From: Deltaproteobacteria bacterium
GTDB taxonomy: Bacteria; Desulfobacterota; BSN033; UBA1163
DNA length: 64,000 bases
Direction: 5' to 3'
Assembly (NCBI GenBank): GCA_037444165.1
Contig: JBBIMX010000005.1
Coordinates: forward strand, 2,679-66,678
Shown: positions 47,933 through 57,545 of the stretch, piece after piece
Position numbering within the stretch: the first letter of the stretch is position 1
Layout of the letters: each line of letters starts with the position of its first letter
The notes under the pieces: generated by a model
Told to the model about the DNA's origin: nothing
Database searches by the model: none
The model's input: the letters and a program-made list of their open reading frames with translations, nothing else
Made by a program: the position numbers and the translations under genes

Positions 47933-49807
47933 TCATTCAAGCGAGATGAGATAGAGAATGAGATAGAGAGACAGGGCCAGAAGGATCAAGAAGAGCGAAC
48001 CCCCTAAGCCAAGTTTGGGAAGTTCTCCCGGATAGTTCTTCTTTTTCTCCACTAATTGAAGTTCCCTTTCTTTTAAATGGGAAGGATTGACAAATAGACT
48101 TTTCATCTTTAAGGTCACCTCTTCTCTCTTGATTCTTAAGGCCAGGGCAGGATTCCGACTCATCCAGACAAAGAAGTGAACGATCTCCATGACTTTTTGA
48201 TCCATATAAGAAGCAAAGGCCATCAAAGGTTTTTCACAGAACCAGAGGATCCAGTGACCTGCTATTCGAGCAAACCAATCTGTATCTAAAGTATAGGTGG
48301 GATGTCCTAATACCATCTTTCTCAATACCCAAAATCCGAGGAAGGTGAAAAGAAACAGTTGCATATGGGAAAAAACCCTTGTGAGGGTAAAAGGAACGAA
48401 CTCTACTGGATAGGGGAGTCTCTCATAGAGGATGGTGGGATAGACTCCCATGAATATGCATAGGAAGGCAAGGATGCCCATCCCTAAAAGCATAGAAATA
48501 GGGGTATTGAATGGAGAATCCTTCAATTTTGCTCTGATCGAAGGGGTGGGTTCATCCATTCCCTTTAGCCACATATTCCAAGGAAGTTTAAGTCCTGTGT
48601 GAAGAAAGGTTCCTACCGTTGCCCCTTCTAAGAGGAAATAGACAGGGATATGATGAATCCGCTCGGCCGCCTCGATGGTCATGACCTTGCTGATAAACCC
48701 ATTGAACAGGGGAAACCCTGAGATCGAGAAGCCCCCAATCATATAGAGCCAAAAGGAGATAGGCATATATTTGTAAAGACCCCCAAGTTCATTGAACTTA
48801 GCCGTTCCTACTACCACGAGCACGCATCCCGCCCCCATATAGAGAAGGGCATTATAAATGATATGACAAAGGGCATGGGAGATTGCACCATTGATGGCCA
48901 TTTCTGTTCCTATTCCCACTCCTGCAACCATATACCCTATTTGAGAGATGATATGGTAGGAACAGAGCCTTCTTCCATCATTTTCCAAAACGGCCAAAAA
49001 GAGGGCGAAGACGGCCTGGATAGCCCCCATCCACATGAGGAGTGGAACCCCGGAGAAGGTTCGAATGAGACAATAGATAGCCGTTTTGGTCGTATAGGCG
49101 GTCATATAAATGGATCCACTCGGAGTCGCCTCGGAATAACTATCTGAAAGCCAAGAGTGAAAAGGGGTGGTGGCTGAGTTAATGATAAACCCAAGAAGCA
49201 TGAGGTTATACCCTAAATAATCTCCCCCCCATCCCCAGGGAAGGTGAACCATCTCGAGCGATCCAGTTCGGTGAACATGCATGACAATTCCAGCTAAGAT
49301 GCAGGCCCCACTAAAATGATGCCACAGGGCATATCGAATGGCTGCTCCCATGGATTTTCTGGTTCCTCTGAACCAGATCAGGAACACCGGACACCAAGAC
49401 ATCATTTCTAAGAAGAAGAAGAGGGTAAAGAAATCCCCGGCAAAGATGGCTCCTATGGAACTCCCTACATAAACCATAGCCGCTACATGTTCCCAATTAT
49501 TTTTGACTCTCAAAGCATAGAGATTCATGCAGAAGGCAGCGATGACATAAATGAAGGCAAAGATCATGCTCAGCTTATCAATCTTTACGATCAGAAGCTC
49601 ATATCCCATCAATCGAACACGCCATTTTAAGAGGGCTTGAGGCCAGGGAGGGATAGGGCCGAATGTTCCAGAAGAGGTAAACCAAAGAATCGTGAGTCCG
49701 GCGATAGGAAGTAAAAGAAAATAGGTGAGTCTCACCCTTTTCCAGCGAAGGTGAGGAATCAGAAGACCACCTAAAAGGATAAGGATACCAGGATGAATCC
49801 ACTCCAT
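47933..49807 (-). CDS. Mrp/complex-I antiporter-like subunit, MrpA/NuoL-like with C-terminal lateral-helix-type extension
   Basis: 624 aa with a Proton_antipo_M-type core. The last 110 aa or so form a charged helix (RIKREEVTLKMKSLFVNPSHLKERELQLVEKKK) plus a terminal TM (LGGSLFLILLALSLYLILYLISL). Confidence 0.75.
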   Translation of the reverse strand: MEWIHPGILILLGGLLIPHLRWKRVRLTYFLLLPIAGLTILWFTSSGTFGPIPPWPQALLKWRVRLMGYELLIVKIDKLSMIFAFIYVIAAFCMNLYALRVKNNWEHVAAMVYVGSSIGAIFAGDFFTLFFFLEMMSWCPVFLIWFRGTRKSMGAAIRYALWHHFSGACILAGIVMHVHRTGSLEMVHLPWGWGGDYLGYNLMLLGFIINSATTPFHSWLSDSYSEATPSGSIYMTAYTTKTAIYCLIRTFSGVPLLMWMGAIQAVFALFLAVLENDGRRLCSYHIISQIGYMVAGVGIGTEMAINGAISHALCHIIYNALLYMGAGCVLVVVGTAKFNELGGLYKYMPISFWLYMIGGFSISGFPLFNGFISKVMTIEAAERIHHIPVYFLLEGATVGTFLHTGLKLPWNMWLKGMDEPTPSIRAKLKDSPFNTPISMLLGMGILAFLCIFMGVYPTILYERLPYPVEFVPFTLTRVFSHMQLFLFTFLGFWVLRKMVLGHPTYTLDTDWFARIAGHWILWFCEKPLMAFASYMDQKVMEIVHFFVWMSRNPALALRIKREEVTLKMKSLFVNPSHLKERELQLVEKKKNYPGELPKLGLGGSLFLILLALSLYLILYLISLE

Positions 49808-49813
49808 AGGGTC

Positions 49814-50068
49814 TTACCGCCTTAATTTTTTCTCATAATAATCTTCATCCTTCACAATAAAGAGACCCATCCCCTTAGCGATGAGAATCAGAAGCATGCA
49901 ACCGAGAAACCCAAAGAGAGCAAAGAATTCAGGGAAATACTGAAATTGAAAATGATAATGCAATTTCTTTGAGTAGATCAACCAAAGATCTAAGACGAGA
50001 CTGATTCCAAGTCCCAATCCATAGATCGTCCAAAAGAATCGTTTAGGGTAAGATCTCAACCATTTCAT
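49814..50068 (-). CDS. small 2-TM membrane protein within the mrp operon
   Basis: 84 aa with two hydrophobic helices. It fits exactly between neighbours, with 6-7 nt gaps on each side. Confidence 0.55.
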   Translation of the reverse strand: MKWLRSYPKRFFWTIYGLGLGISLVLDLWLIYSKKLHYHFQFQYFPEFFALFGFLGCMLLILIAKGMGLFIVKDEDYYEKKLRR

Positions 50069-50075
50069 CTATGGG

Positions 50076-51623
50076 TCATCCTCCTGAAAGATTTTGAATT
50101 GCCCTCTGAACTAATGGATAAATATAAAAAAGGTTTGGAAAGAGACAAACCAGAATAGAAAGGATGGCTGTCATTCCAATAGGAATGATCAAGAAGACAA
50201 AAAAGGGTTGCTCTCGTTCGAGGCTGGGAGGAGGTTCGGAAAAGAGTTGAACCTTTGGCTCCTTTTCTTCCAAGACCTCATTTTTAGGTATTTTCTCGAA
50301 AAAGGCCGTCCGGATAATTGGGTAAAAATAGACCACATCAAGGAGAGAGGCAATAAGGATCAGGGCCAAAAAGGCCCAATAACCGGATTGAATCGCTCCA
50401 AGGCTGAGATACCACTTGCTGATAAATCCAGCGATGGGAGGAGCTCCACACATCCCTAAGGCCCCAATGGTAAAGGCGATCATGGTTAAAGGCATTAACC
50501 TCCCAATTCCAGCCATCTCGCTGATTTCTGTTTTACCCGAGGCTACGAGGATGGCCCCTGCACAAAGAAACAGGGTAATCTTCATCAATCCATGGAAAGG
50601 GATGTGGATCATAGCTCCAGTAATTCCCATGGGAGTCAGAAGCCCTACTCCAAAAATGATAAAGGAGAGCTGGCTGATGGTGGAGTAAGCGAGCCTTCTT
50701 TTTAGATTGTCTTGAGCAATGGCGAAAAGAGAGGCTCCAATCATCGTAATGGCAGCAAAAGAGGAGAGAAGAGTTCCCAAACCGAGTTGTCTCAAAAGGT
50801 CGATTCCATAAACATAACAGACAATCCTTACAATTCCAAAGACTCCCGCCTTGACGACCGCTACGGCATGGAGCAAGGCACTGACAGGGGTTGGAGCCAC
50901 CATGGCCGTTGGTAGCCAGGAATGAAAAGGGATATAGGCGGCTTTCATAAAGCCAAGGATAAAGAGGACAAAAAGGATAGAGAGGGTGGAGGGGAGAAGG
51001 GGGATAGAATTGAATATTCCTTTAGGGCTAAAATCGGTGGTTCTGACCAAAGAGTAGGTCCAGGCAATGGCGGCTAAGAGAAAGACACCAGAGGTAAGAA
51101 GATAAGCCAGATATTTCCTTCCCGCAAAGAGGGCCTCCTGGGACTGCTCGTGAGCAACCAGAGGATAGGTGGAGATAGTGAGGATTTCATAAAAGACAAA
51201 GAGGGTGACCAAATTCCCAGAGAGGGCCACTCCCATGGCCCCAAGAATGGCCAGGGCAAAACAGAAATAGTATCGTGTCTGAGCATGTTCTTTGAGGGCT
51301 CTCATATATCCAATCGAATAGAGAGAGACAAGAATCCAGAGAAATGAAGCGGTGAGGGCAAAGAGAAGACCAAAGGCATCCACCCGAAATCCAAAATGGA
51401 CCTGGGGTAGGATATCCTTAAAGAGGTAGGATTCAATCCTATAGCCTTGGGTGACCCAGGGGGCCATGGAAAGGACAAGGATGAACTGAATAAGGCTTGC
51501 AAGGATCGTCCACGTTTCCCGAAGGTTGGGCCTTCGGCCTGAGAGGAGGATCAGAATCGATGAAAGAGCAGGGCAGAGAAGAGCCCATGCAGGTTTTAGG
51601 GATTCAATTACAGGTTCTGTCAT
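50076..51623 (-). CDS. mrpD: Mrp antiporter subunit D-like (NuoM/N-like)
   Basis: 515 aa, polytopic, with the Proton_antipo_M pattern (FVFYEILTISTYPLV, HSWLPTAMVAPTPVSALLHA). Confidence 0.8.
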   Translation of the reverse strand: MTEPVIESLKPAWALLCPALSSILILLSGRRPNLRETWTILASLIQFILVLSMAPWVTQGYRIESYLFKDILPQVHFGFRVDAFGLLFALTASFLWILVSLYSIGYMRALKEHAQTRYYFCFALAILGAMGVALSGNLVTLFVFYEILTISTYPLVAHEQSQEALFAGRKYLAYLLTSGVFLLAAIAWTYSLVRTTDFSPKGIFNSIPLLPSTLSILFVLFILGFMKAAYIPFHSWLPTAMVAPTPVSALLHAVAVVKAGVFGIVRIVCYVYGIDLLRQLGLGTLLSSFAAITMIGASLFAIAQDNLKRRLAYSTISQLSFIIFGVGLLTPMGITGAMIHIPFHGLMKITLFLCAGAILVASGKTEISEMAGIGRLMPLTMIAFTIGALGMCGAPPIAGFISKWYLSLGAIQSGYWAFLALILIASLLDVVYFYPIIRTAFFEKIPKNEVLEEKEPKVQLFSEPPPSLEREQPFFVFLIIPIGMTAILSILVCLFPNLFYIYPLVQRAIQNLSGG

Positions 51624-53146
51624 GGCTTCTGAAATAGTCCAAATAAAAGATTCACTCGATCAAGAATCGGCATAGGAATCTTTGCAAGCCAGAAAATGCC
51701 CATAAGGATGCACAGGGAGGATAGAATCCAGATCGGGATGAGCATCCCCATGGGAATTTCATGTTTTGAATAGGAAGAGGGTCCATGACCTTCTTCTCCT
51801 TGGGTCTTCATGTACATCGTTTCGATCACTCGCCAAAAATAGATCAGGTTGAGAAGAGAACTCAGGAGCAACACAGCAACAAAAAAGAATTGTCTGGCTT
51901 CAATGGAGGCAAGAATGATATAGAGTTTAGAGACAAAGCCCACACTCGGGGGAACCCCTATCATGGAGAGGGCAGCAATGACAAAGGCAGCGCAAGTATA
52001 GGGCATCTTTTTCCCCAATTGGTAGAACTGGTCTATATTCCACAGGTCAGCCTTATAGATGAATCCCCCTGCTACAAGAAAAAGGCACCCTTTCATCAAG
52101 GCGTGATTCAAAATATGCATCAACGCAGGATTGAGTCCTCCCCAGGGCGAAGTGGTGGAGGACATAGAAAGGCCTAAGGCCAAGATGATATAGCCCATAT
52201 TGGCTACACTCGAATAGGCAAGCATCCTTTTTAAATTCCTTTGAGTGATGGCGAGAACGGAGCCAAAGAGGATGGCTATCGCAGCCAGCCAGCTCAGGAT
52301 CTCCAGGATAGGGAAGAGCCTGAGGAAGTGAGGGGTAAATACAGAAAAAGCGACTCGGATAAAAGCATAGGTGGCGACTTCGATGATGATCCCCGAAAGC
52401 ATCGCACTGATCTCTGAGGGGGCGAAGGCATGGGCGTCAGGAAGCCAGGTATGGAGAGGGAAGAGGGCCATCTTGATGCTTAGACCCACAAGGATAAAGG
52501 CAAAGGCTGCAATGACGACTCGATTCTTATAAAAAGGAGGAAGCAGAAGAGAGAGGTCATGCATGTTGAGGGACCCTGTGATGGCATAAAGAAATCCTAT
52601 CCCGAGGAGGAAGAAACAGGCTCCAATGGATCCCAAAACGAGATAGGTAAAACTTGCCCTTAAGGCAATCTTTCCCCTCGAGGCAATAAGGGCATAGGCA
52701 GAGAGGGAGGCAATCTCAATAAAGACATACATATTAAAGATATCTCCAGTGACGATAATCCCACAAAGCCCGGTGATCAGGAGCTGGTAGATAGTATAAA
52801 AAGAGACGACCTTTTCTGGGAGTTCATGTTCGATATTCTTTTTCGAATAGAGGAGGCAGATTAAAGCAAGAAATAGGAGGATGATTAACACATAGGAATT
52901 TAAGGCATCCATCACATACTCAATGCCCCATGGGGGAACCCACCCGCCCAAGCGATAGCGAATCGGACCCCGAGTCAAAACATGCTCGAGGATAAAGAAG
53001 GAGGAAATGAATTGGAAGATAAGGGTTCCAAGAGAAATAAACCAGGCTGTTCTTCTATGGATCCATCCTGCAATCAGAATGGTGATCGCCGAAAGAAGAG
53101 ATAGAACAACGATCAATAGGGGGAGATGCTCAACCAAGCTGACCAT
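51620..53146 (-). CDS. mrpD: Mrp antiporter subunit D-like (NuoM/N-like), second copy
   Basis: 508 aa (YVFIEIASLSAYALIA, HTWLPDAHAFAPSEISAMLSG). ATGA overlap with the downstream gene. Confidence 0.8.
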   Translation of the reverse strand: MVSLVEHLPLLIVVLSLLSAITILIAGWIHRRTAWFISLGTLIFQFISSFFILEHVLTRGPIRYRLGGWVPPWGIEYVMDALNSYVLIILLFLALICLLYSKKNIEHELPEKVVSFYTIYQLLITGLCGIIVTGDIFNMYVFIEIASLSAYALIASRGKIALRASFTYLVLGSIGACFFLLGIGFLYAITGSLNMHDLSLLLPPFYKNRVVIAAFAFILVGLSIKMALFPLHTWLPDAHAFAPSEISAMLSGIIIEVATYAFIRVAFSVFTPHFLRLFPILEILSWLAAIAILFGSVLAITQRNLKRMLAYSSVANMGYIILALGLSMSSTTSPWGGLNPALMHILNHALMKGCLFLVAGGFIYKADLWNIDQFYQLGKKMPYTCAAFVIAALSMIGVPPSVGFVSKLYIILASIEARQFFFVAVLLLSSLLNLIYFWRVIETMYMKTQGEEGHGPSSYSKHEIPMGMLIPIWILSSLCILMGIFWLAKIPMPILDRVNLLFGLFQKP

Positions 53147-53165
53147 GGTGATTCATTAAGATCCG

Positions 53166-53579
53166 TTAAGTCTCGGGTTTCGAATTCACTCCATGAAGAG
53201 GCTCTCTGGCCGATTTCTCTATAATCTCGCTTTCCTCAATCGTTCCATACTCCTGATACATTCGAATCACAAGAGAGAGAGCAACAGCCGTAGTAGCCAC
53301 AGAAACCACAATCGCCGTCAGGATCAATACATGGGGAAGGGGGTTGGCATAAAGGTAGCCTTTCTGAACGATCTGCTCATCCACAATAGGAGCCGTTCCC
53401 CCCTTGACCGCACCAAGGGAGATAAAATAAAGGAAGATGGCTGTCTGAAAGATATTGAGGCCTAAGATTTTCTTGATGAGATTATCCTTAGCCACGATTC
53501 CATAAAATCCAATCAGCATGAGAAGAATAAAGACCCAATAATTATATTTTGCAAAGATCTTGGCTAAGAACCATTCCAT
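53166..53579 (-). CDS. mrpC: Mrp antiporter subunit C (NuoK-like)
   Basis: 137 aa, 3 TM, NLIKKILGLNIFQTAIFLYFIS. Confidence 0.8.
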   Translation of the reverse strand: MEWFLAKIFAKYNYWVFILLMLIGFYGIVAKDNLIKKILGLNIFQTAIFLYFISLGAVKGGTAPIVDEQIVQKGYLYANPLPHVLILTAIVVSVATTAVALSLVIRMYQEYGTIEESEIIEKSAREPLHGVNSKPET

Positions 53580-54046
53580 GAATTTTCTCTCTCTCCCTTG
53601 CCTTCTTCTTTTTCGGCTAAATCAAAAAAGATAGAGGCGATGATGGCCATGACCGTAATGCCAATTCCCATCTCAACAAAGTCCATTCCAAGGGCCCTAT
53701 TCTCTTCAAAATGGGAGGTGAAAGGGATAAATCCATAGTTGAGATACTGAACCATCCCTCGACTCAGAAGGATGGCTAAAAGCCCGATCCCCCCATAAAT
53801 ATAGAGGCCCAAAGAGCTGAAGAAGGTGTTCACAGATTCTGGAAACCGTTTTCTTCCGCCCGCAAGTCCAAAGGCCACGACGTAGAGAATAAATGAAGAG
53901 GCAAAGACTACCCCTCCCTGGAATCCTCCTCCTGGTCCTCCAGCCCCATGGACAATCACATAAAGGGCAAAGAGTTGAATGAAAGGGATCATGACACGGG
54001 AGACGGTCTCAACGACCACATCCCTTTCTTTTTCTTTCTCACTCAA
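53564..54046 (-). CDS. mrpB: Mrp antiporter subunit B
   Basis: VHGAGGPGGGFQGGVVFAS, the MnhB-domain signature. Confidence 0.8.
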   Translation of the reverse strand: MSEKEKERDVVVETVSRVMIPFIQLFALYVIVHGAGGPGGGFQGGVVFASSFILYVVAFGLAGGRKRFPESVNTFFSSLGLYIYGGIGLLAILLSRGMVQYLNYGFIPFTSHFEENRALGMDFVEMGIGITVMAIIASIFFDLAEKEEGKGERENSWNGS

Positions 54047-54582
54047 AGTCTTCCTTTCCTCCTTAAGAGCAAAATCACGGAGACTCCTGCCGTAAAGATT
54101 ACGGTGGTTTCCCCTAAGGTATCATACCCCCGGTAATCGGCCAATCCATAGGTCACCATATTGGGAACGGCCGTCTCCTTTAGCCCCTTCTCTATCCACC
54201 GAACCACAAAGGCATATCGATAGACCTTCCCCTGGGTTCCTTCTTTTTTGATAAAATAATATTTTTCTTCCTTTGGGTAATAAGGTTCTTCCTTTTCGAC
54301 ATAGCCATTCCACTGGCCTTCGGTATGTGGGATTTTTTCGATTCGGATAATAGGAGGGAATCCTCTATCTTTAAGGTTTTGAACCAGGGAGTGAGGGAGA
54401 GTTCTTCCTTCCAATGATTCTAAATCCTTAGCGTCTATCCGGAAGAGTTCAACGTATTTAATCGTAGCCGCCTCCGGATCCCCAAAGATTGGGATGTCCT
54501 CTGCGACATAAATAAAAAGGGCACAGAGAAAAGCAATGATGATGAGGGTAAGGGCTCGAATGCCTCTCATTACTTTTCCCAC
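54043..54582 (-). CDS. MnhB/MbhE-related membrane protein with a soluble insert of about 100 aa
   Basis: N-terminal TM, a hydrophilic K/E/Y-rich middle, and a C-terminal PNMVTYGLADYRGYDTLGETTVIFTAG (MnhB-type motif). Confidence 0.6.
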   Translation of the reverse strand: MGKVMRGIRALTLIIIAFLCALFIYVAEDIPIFGDPEAATIKYVELFRIDAKDLESLEGRTLPHSLVQNLKDRGFPPIIRIEKIPHTEGQWNGYVEKEEPYYPKEEKYYFIKKEGTQGKVYRYAFVVRWIEKGLKETAVPNMVTYGLADYRGYDTLGETTVIFTAGVSVILLLRRKGRL

Positions 54583-54812
54583 CTCGTGGTCCTTGCAATC
54601 GCAGCAATTAAAAAGGCAGTGGTGGCTCCAGCTCCCACAGCCGCTTCAGTAAATCCCACATCGACGGATTGGAGCTCCACCCAGATGAGGGCCATCAGGA
54701 AACTATAGGCCCCCAATAGGATCACGGCCGCCAGTAGATCTTTAAGGTGGATCACAGAGATGGCAAGGATCACAACAAAAAAAAGGAGGATGAGATCGAT
54801 AGAAACAATCAT
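54570..54812 (-). CDS. MbhD/DUF4040-like small membrane subunit
   Basis: 80 aa, 3 TM; AAVILLGAYSFLMALIWVELQSVDVGFTEAAVGAG. Confidence 0.65.
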   Translation of the reverse strand: MIVSIDLILLFFVVILAISVIHLKDLLAAVILLGAYSFLMALIWVELQSVDVGFTEAAVGAGATTAFLIAAIARTTRWEK

Positions 54813-54826
54813 AGAATTCTTTTTAC

Positions 54827-55330
54827 CTATTCCTCCATAAATACATGGGCGACCTTCTTTTGCATCGTCTGGTCGACTAATAGGGCATCCGCAGGTTCCT
54901 TTGCAATGGCATGGACGCAGAATTTCCCACGTTCAGGCTCTACCCAAATCGTGATGGTCCCAGGGGTGAGGGTGATCGAGTTAGCCAGTGTGACTTGAGA
55001 AAATTCTCCTCTTAATGGGGTTTCAAATTCAATGATACGGGGATCAATAGGCATCTTTGGGTGTAACACGCGATAGGCTACATCGATATTAGCCAGTACA
55101 ATCTGCCATAACTCCCAGGGGATATACCGCACAAGTCGAACCGATTTTAAAAGCCTCTTTTGAGTCTTCTTCGTGACTAAAAGATCATGCGAAAGGAAGG
55201 CTACGATCAGACAAGAGATCAAACCTGAAATTAAATGAAAGGCATCGAATATTCCAGAGAGGAGGATCCAAAAAAGAGCCATGATGAAAAAAGTGAGGAG
55301 GATAGCCAATAGTCTTTCCTCTTTTCTCAT
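54827..55330 (-). CDS. mrpE: Mrp antiporter subunit E
   Basis: LFWILLSG...ANIDVAYRVL...LANSITLTPGT. The start was set at ATG 55330, overlapping the mrpG stop; the ORF-track N-terminal extension overlaps mrpG in another frame. Confidence 0.8.
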   Translation of the reverse strand: MRKEERLLAILLTFFIMALFWILLSGIFDAFHLISGLISCLIVAFLSHDLLVTKKTQKRLLKSVRLVRYIPWELWQIVLANIDVAYRVLHPKMPIDPRIIEFETPLRGEFSQVTLANSITLTPGTITIWVEPERGKFCVHAIAKEPADALLVDQTMQKKVAHVFMEE

Positions 55331-55656
55331 TGTCTTTTCTCTCCAAGACGCCAGGGTTTGATTCCAATCTGATAGGCCGCCTTCATAAGGGCGTGGGTTG
55401 CGGTAGGGTTCGCAATGAAGATGAAAAAGATCAAGAAAACAAGTTTGGTAGGGATTAAAGGCGTCTCCACATAGTGGAAAAAGTGATAGACAAGGAGCCC
55501 AAGAATGATGAGTCCAGCACCGAGGGTATCGCATTTTCCGGTGGCATGGAGGCGGGTGTAAAAGTCTGGGAATCTCAACAGCCCAATTGATCCAACAAAC
55601 GTGAAGAACAGGCCTGCTCCCAACAGGAAAGTGACCAGGATATGGATTAGGACCAT
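55327..55656 (-). CDS. mrpG: Mrp antiporter subunit G
   Basis: FTFVGSIGLLRFPDFYTRLHATGKCDTLGAG. Confidence 0.85.
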   Translation of the reverse strand: MVLIHILVTFLLGAGLFFTFVGSIGLLRFPDFYTRLHATGKCDTLGAGLIILGLLVYHFFHYVETPLIPTKLVFLIFFIFIANPTATHALMKAAYQIGIKPWRLGEKRQ

Positions 55657-55913
55657 AGGTTTCCCTTTTCGAGATATTTAGCAAAAACCAGGGTTCCGAT
55701 AAAATTGATCATCGCATAAAGAAGGGCAATGTCAAAAAAGTAAGGCCTTTCAAAATAGTAACCCATCACCACTAACAGAGCGATGGTTTTCGTCCCGATG
55801 ATGTTGACCGCTGCTGTCCGGTTAAATATCCCTGGCCCTCTTACCACTCGATAAAGACTCAGGCCGATGGCAATGGAAATGAGAATCCCTGTGGCCAAGA
55901 AAATAGAAATCAT
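55647..55913 (-). CDS. mrpF: Mrp antiporter subunit F
   Basis: 88 aa, 3 TM; LYRVVRGPGIFNRTAAVNIIGTK. Confidence 0.8.
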   Translation of the reverse strand: MISIFLATGILISIAIGLSLYRVVRGPGIFNRTAAVNIIGTKTIALLVVMGYYFERPYFFDIALLYAMINFIGTLVFAKYLEKGNLWS

Positions 55914-55947
55914 CTCTTTCCCTCAGGTTAAATAAAAACCGTGAGAA

Positions 55948-55976
55948 ATTTAACCTTTTTATTCCTGGAAAGTCAA
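55948..55976 (-). promoter_or_regulatory. sigma70-like promoter of the mrp operon
   Basis: On the minus strand: TTGACT, 17-nt spacer, TTAAAT. Confidence 0.45.
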
Positions 55977-56005
55977 GTGAAATATTTCTCATGTATTGAT
56001 CCTTC

Positions 56006-56040
56006 AATTCTCCTCTCGGGCTTATCCCCCACCTCTTCAT
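56006..56040 (-). repeat. Partial (one-arm) copy C of the intergenic hairpin repeat
   Basis: The minus strand reads GGTGGGGGATAAGCCCGAGAGGAGAATT, matching the 5' arm of copy A (AAGCCCGAGAGGAGTAATT). The similarity ends where the conserved core would begin. Confidence 0.6.
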
Positions 56041-56069
56041 GATGGATGACCTCGGAGTAGAGGCTTGGA

Positions 56070-56098
56070 TTGACAGCAGAAAAAATTTTAATTAAAGT
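56070..56098 (+). promoter_or_regulatory. sigma70-like promoter of ktrB
   Basis: TTGACA, 17-nt spacer, TAAAGT. Confidence 0.45.
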
Positions 56099-56142
56099 TT
56101 ATCCCAAAACGAGGGGATTCTTTTTGAACTCCCTCGAGGTCA

Positions 56143-57516
56143 ATGAAAATCATATTACAGATAAAACTTTTCATATCCAGGCATCTCACTCCTCCAAGGA
56201 TTTTTATCCTCAGCTTTTTAGGGGCTATTCTCATAGGAGCCCTCCTTTTTCTGGCTCCTTTTTCCACAAAAAGAGATTCTCTTTCCTTTATAGATGCCCT
56301 TTTTACCTCCACTTCAGCTGTCTGTGTGACAGGGTTAGTCGTCATTGACCTTGGGAGGGATCTTAGCCTATGGGGACAGATCATTAGTCTTATTCTTTTT
56401 CAGTTGGGGGGGCTTGGGATTGTTACTTTCTCGACCGTCTTTTTTGTGTTGATGGGTAGGTCGATTCCTCTTAAAGAAAGAGAGATTGTCCAATCTACTT
56501 TCCTTCACTCTCCGAGAAAAGATCTGATGGTCATTCTCAAATCCATTCTTATCCTTACTTTCTTTTACGAAGCCCTTGGAACCCTCTTTCTTTTTATCCG
56601 GTTTTCTCGAGATTTCCCTTTTTCAAAGGCCTTCTTTTATGCCCTCTACCATGCCATCTCGGCCTTTAATAATTGTGGTTATTCGTTATTTCCAGATAGT
56701 TTGATCCAATACCAGGGAGACTGGATAGTCAACCTGACCGTCATGGGGTTACTTATTCTTGGGGGTATTGGATTTATTGTTCAATATGAATGGGTGGCTA
56801 AATTTAAAGGGGTACAAAGAAGGTTATCCCTTCATACTAAATTGGTTTCAATCACCACCCTTCTTCTTATTCTTTTTGGAGCCCTTTTATTTTACTTATT
56901 TGAAGAAGAGAATGTCCTGAAGCAAATCCCAACTCAAAATAAAATATGGGTATCCTTATTCCAATCCGCTACCCCAAGAACCTGTGGGTTCAACACCGTT
57001 GAGATTGGAACCCTGACCAATGCAACGATTCTTCTGATGCTGGTTTTAATGTTTATTGGTGCCTCTCCCGGATCGACGGGAGGAGGAGTGAAGACAACCA
57101 GCGCAGCCCTTCTTCTATTGATGATCTGGAATCGATTGAAAGGAAGTGAAGAGGTCAATCTCTTTAATCGTACGATTCCCAGAGAGAATGTGAGTCGGAC
57201 CCTATCCATTATTTTTGCCTCCGCCTTTTCTATCTGTATCGTTACATCGTTTCTTCTCATCACGGGAGGGAATTCCCTTCCTCCCCCTGAGGCCCGTCAT
57301 GTCTTTGTAGAATATCTTTTCGAAACGGTCTCGGCGTTCGCAACCGTTGGCCTTTCCATGGGGGTTACCTCCACATTGAGTGATATTCAAAAATTGGCTA
57401 TCATTTTAATGATGTTCGTTGGAAGAGTAGGTCCCCTCACCTTTGCCTTTTCTCTTTCAAAGGCAATAAGAGAAAGGGGGGTGGTTTATGCTGAAGAAGG
57501 GGTCATGGTTGGATAA
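56143..57516 (+). CDS. ktrB: K+ transporter membrane subunit, KtrB/TrkH family
   Basis: 457 aa. Repeated pore-loop motifs (TSAVCVTGL, FNNCGYSL, PRTCGFN, TVGLSMG). Confidence 0.85.
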   Translation: MKIILQIKLFISRHLTPPRIFILSFLGAILIGALLFLAPFSTKRDSLSFIDALFTSTSAVCVTGLVVIDLGRDLSLWGQIISLILFQLGGLGIVTFSTVFFVLMGRSIPLKEREIVQSTFLHSPRKDLMVILKSILILTFFYEALGTLFLFIRFSRDFPFSKAFFYALYHAISAFNNCGYSLFPDSLIQYQGDWIVNLTVMGLLILGGIGFIVQYEWVAKFKGVQRRLSLHTKLVSITTLLLILFGALLFYLFEEENVLKQIPTQNKIWVSLFQSATPRTCGFNTVEIGTLTNATILLMLVLMFIGASPGSTGGGVKTTSAALLLLMIWNRLKGSEEVNLFNRTIPRENVSRTLSIIFASAFSICIVTSFLLITGGNSLPPPEARHVFVEYLFETVSAFATVGLSMGVTSTLSDIQKLAIILMMFVGRVGPLTFAFSLSKAIRERGVVYAEEGVMVG

Positions 57517-57545
57517 AAAAAGATAGTTTAAAGAGGAAAGGTTCG

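Noticed and set aside
54827-55684. 285-aa version of the mrpE ORF. Other N-terminally extended ORF-track models are pheS from 12294, surE from 16771, GntR from 29919, tsaD from 4199, thrS from 9238, HAD from 24998 and DUF47 to 20794.
   Set aside because: The extensions overlap the upstream gene or a tRNA in another frame and have no family similarity. Internal ATGs with proper SD sequences give proteins with canonical N-termini.
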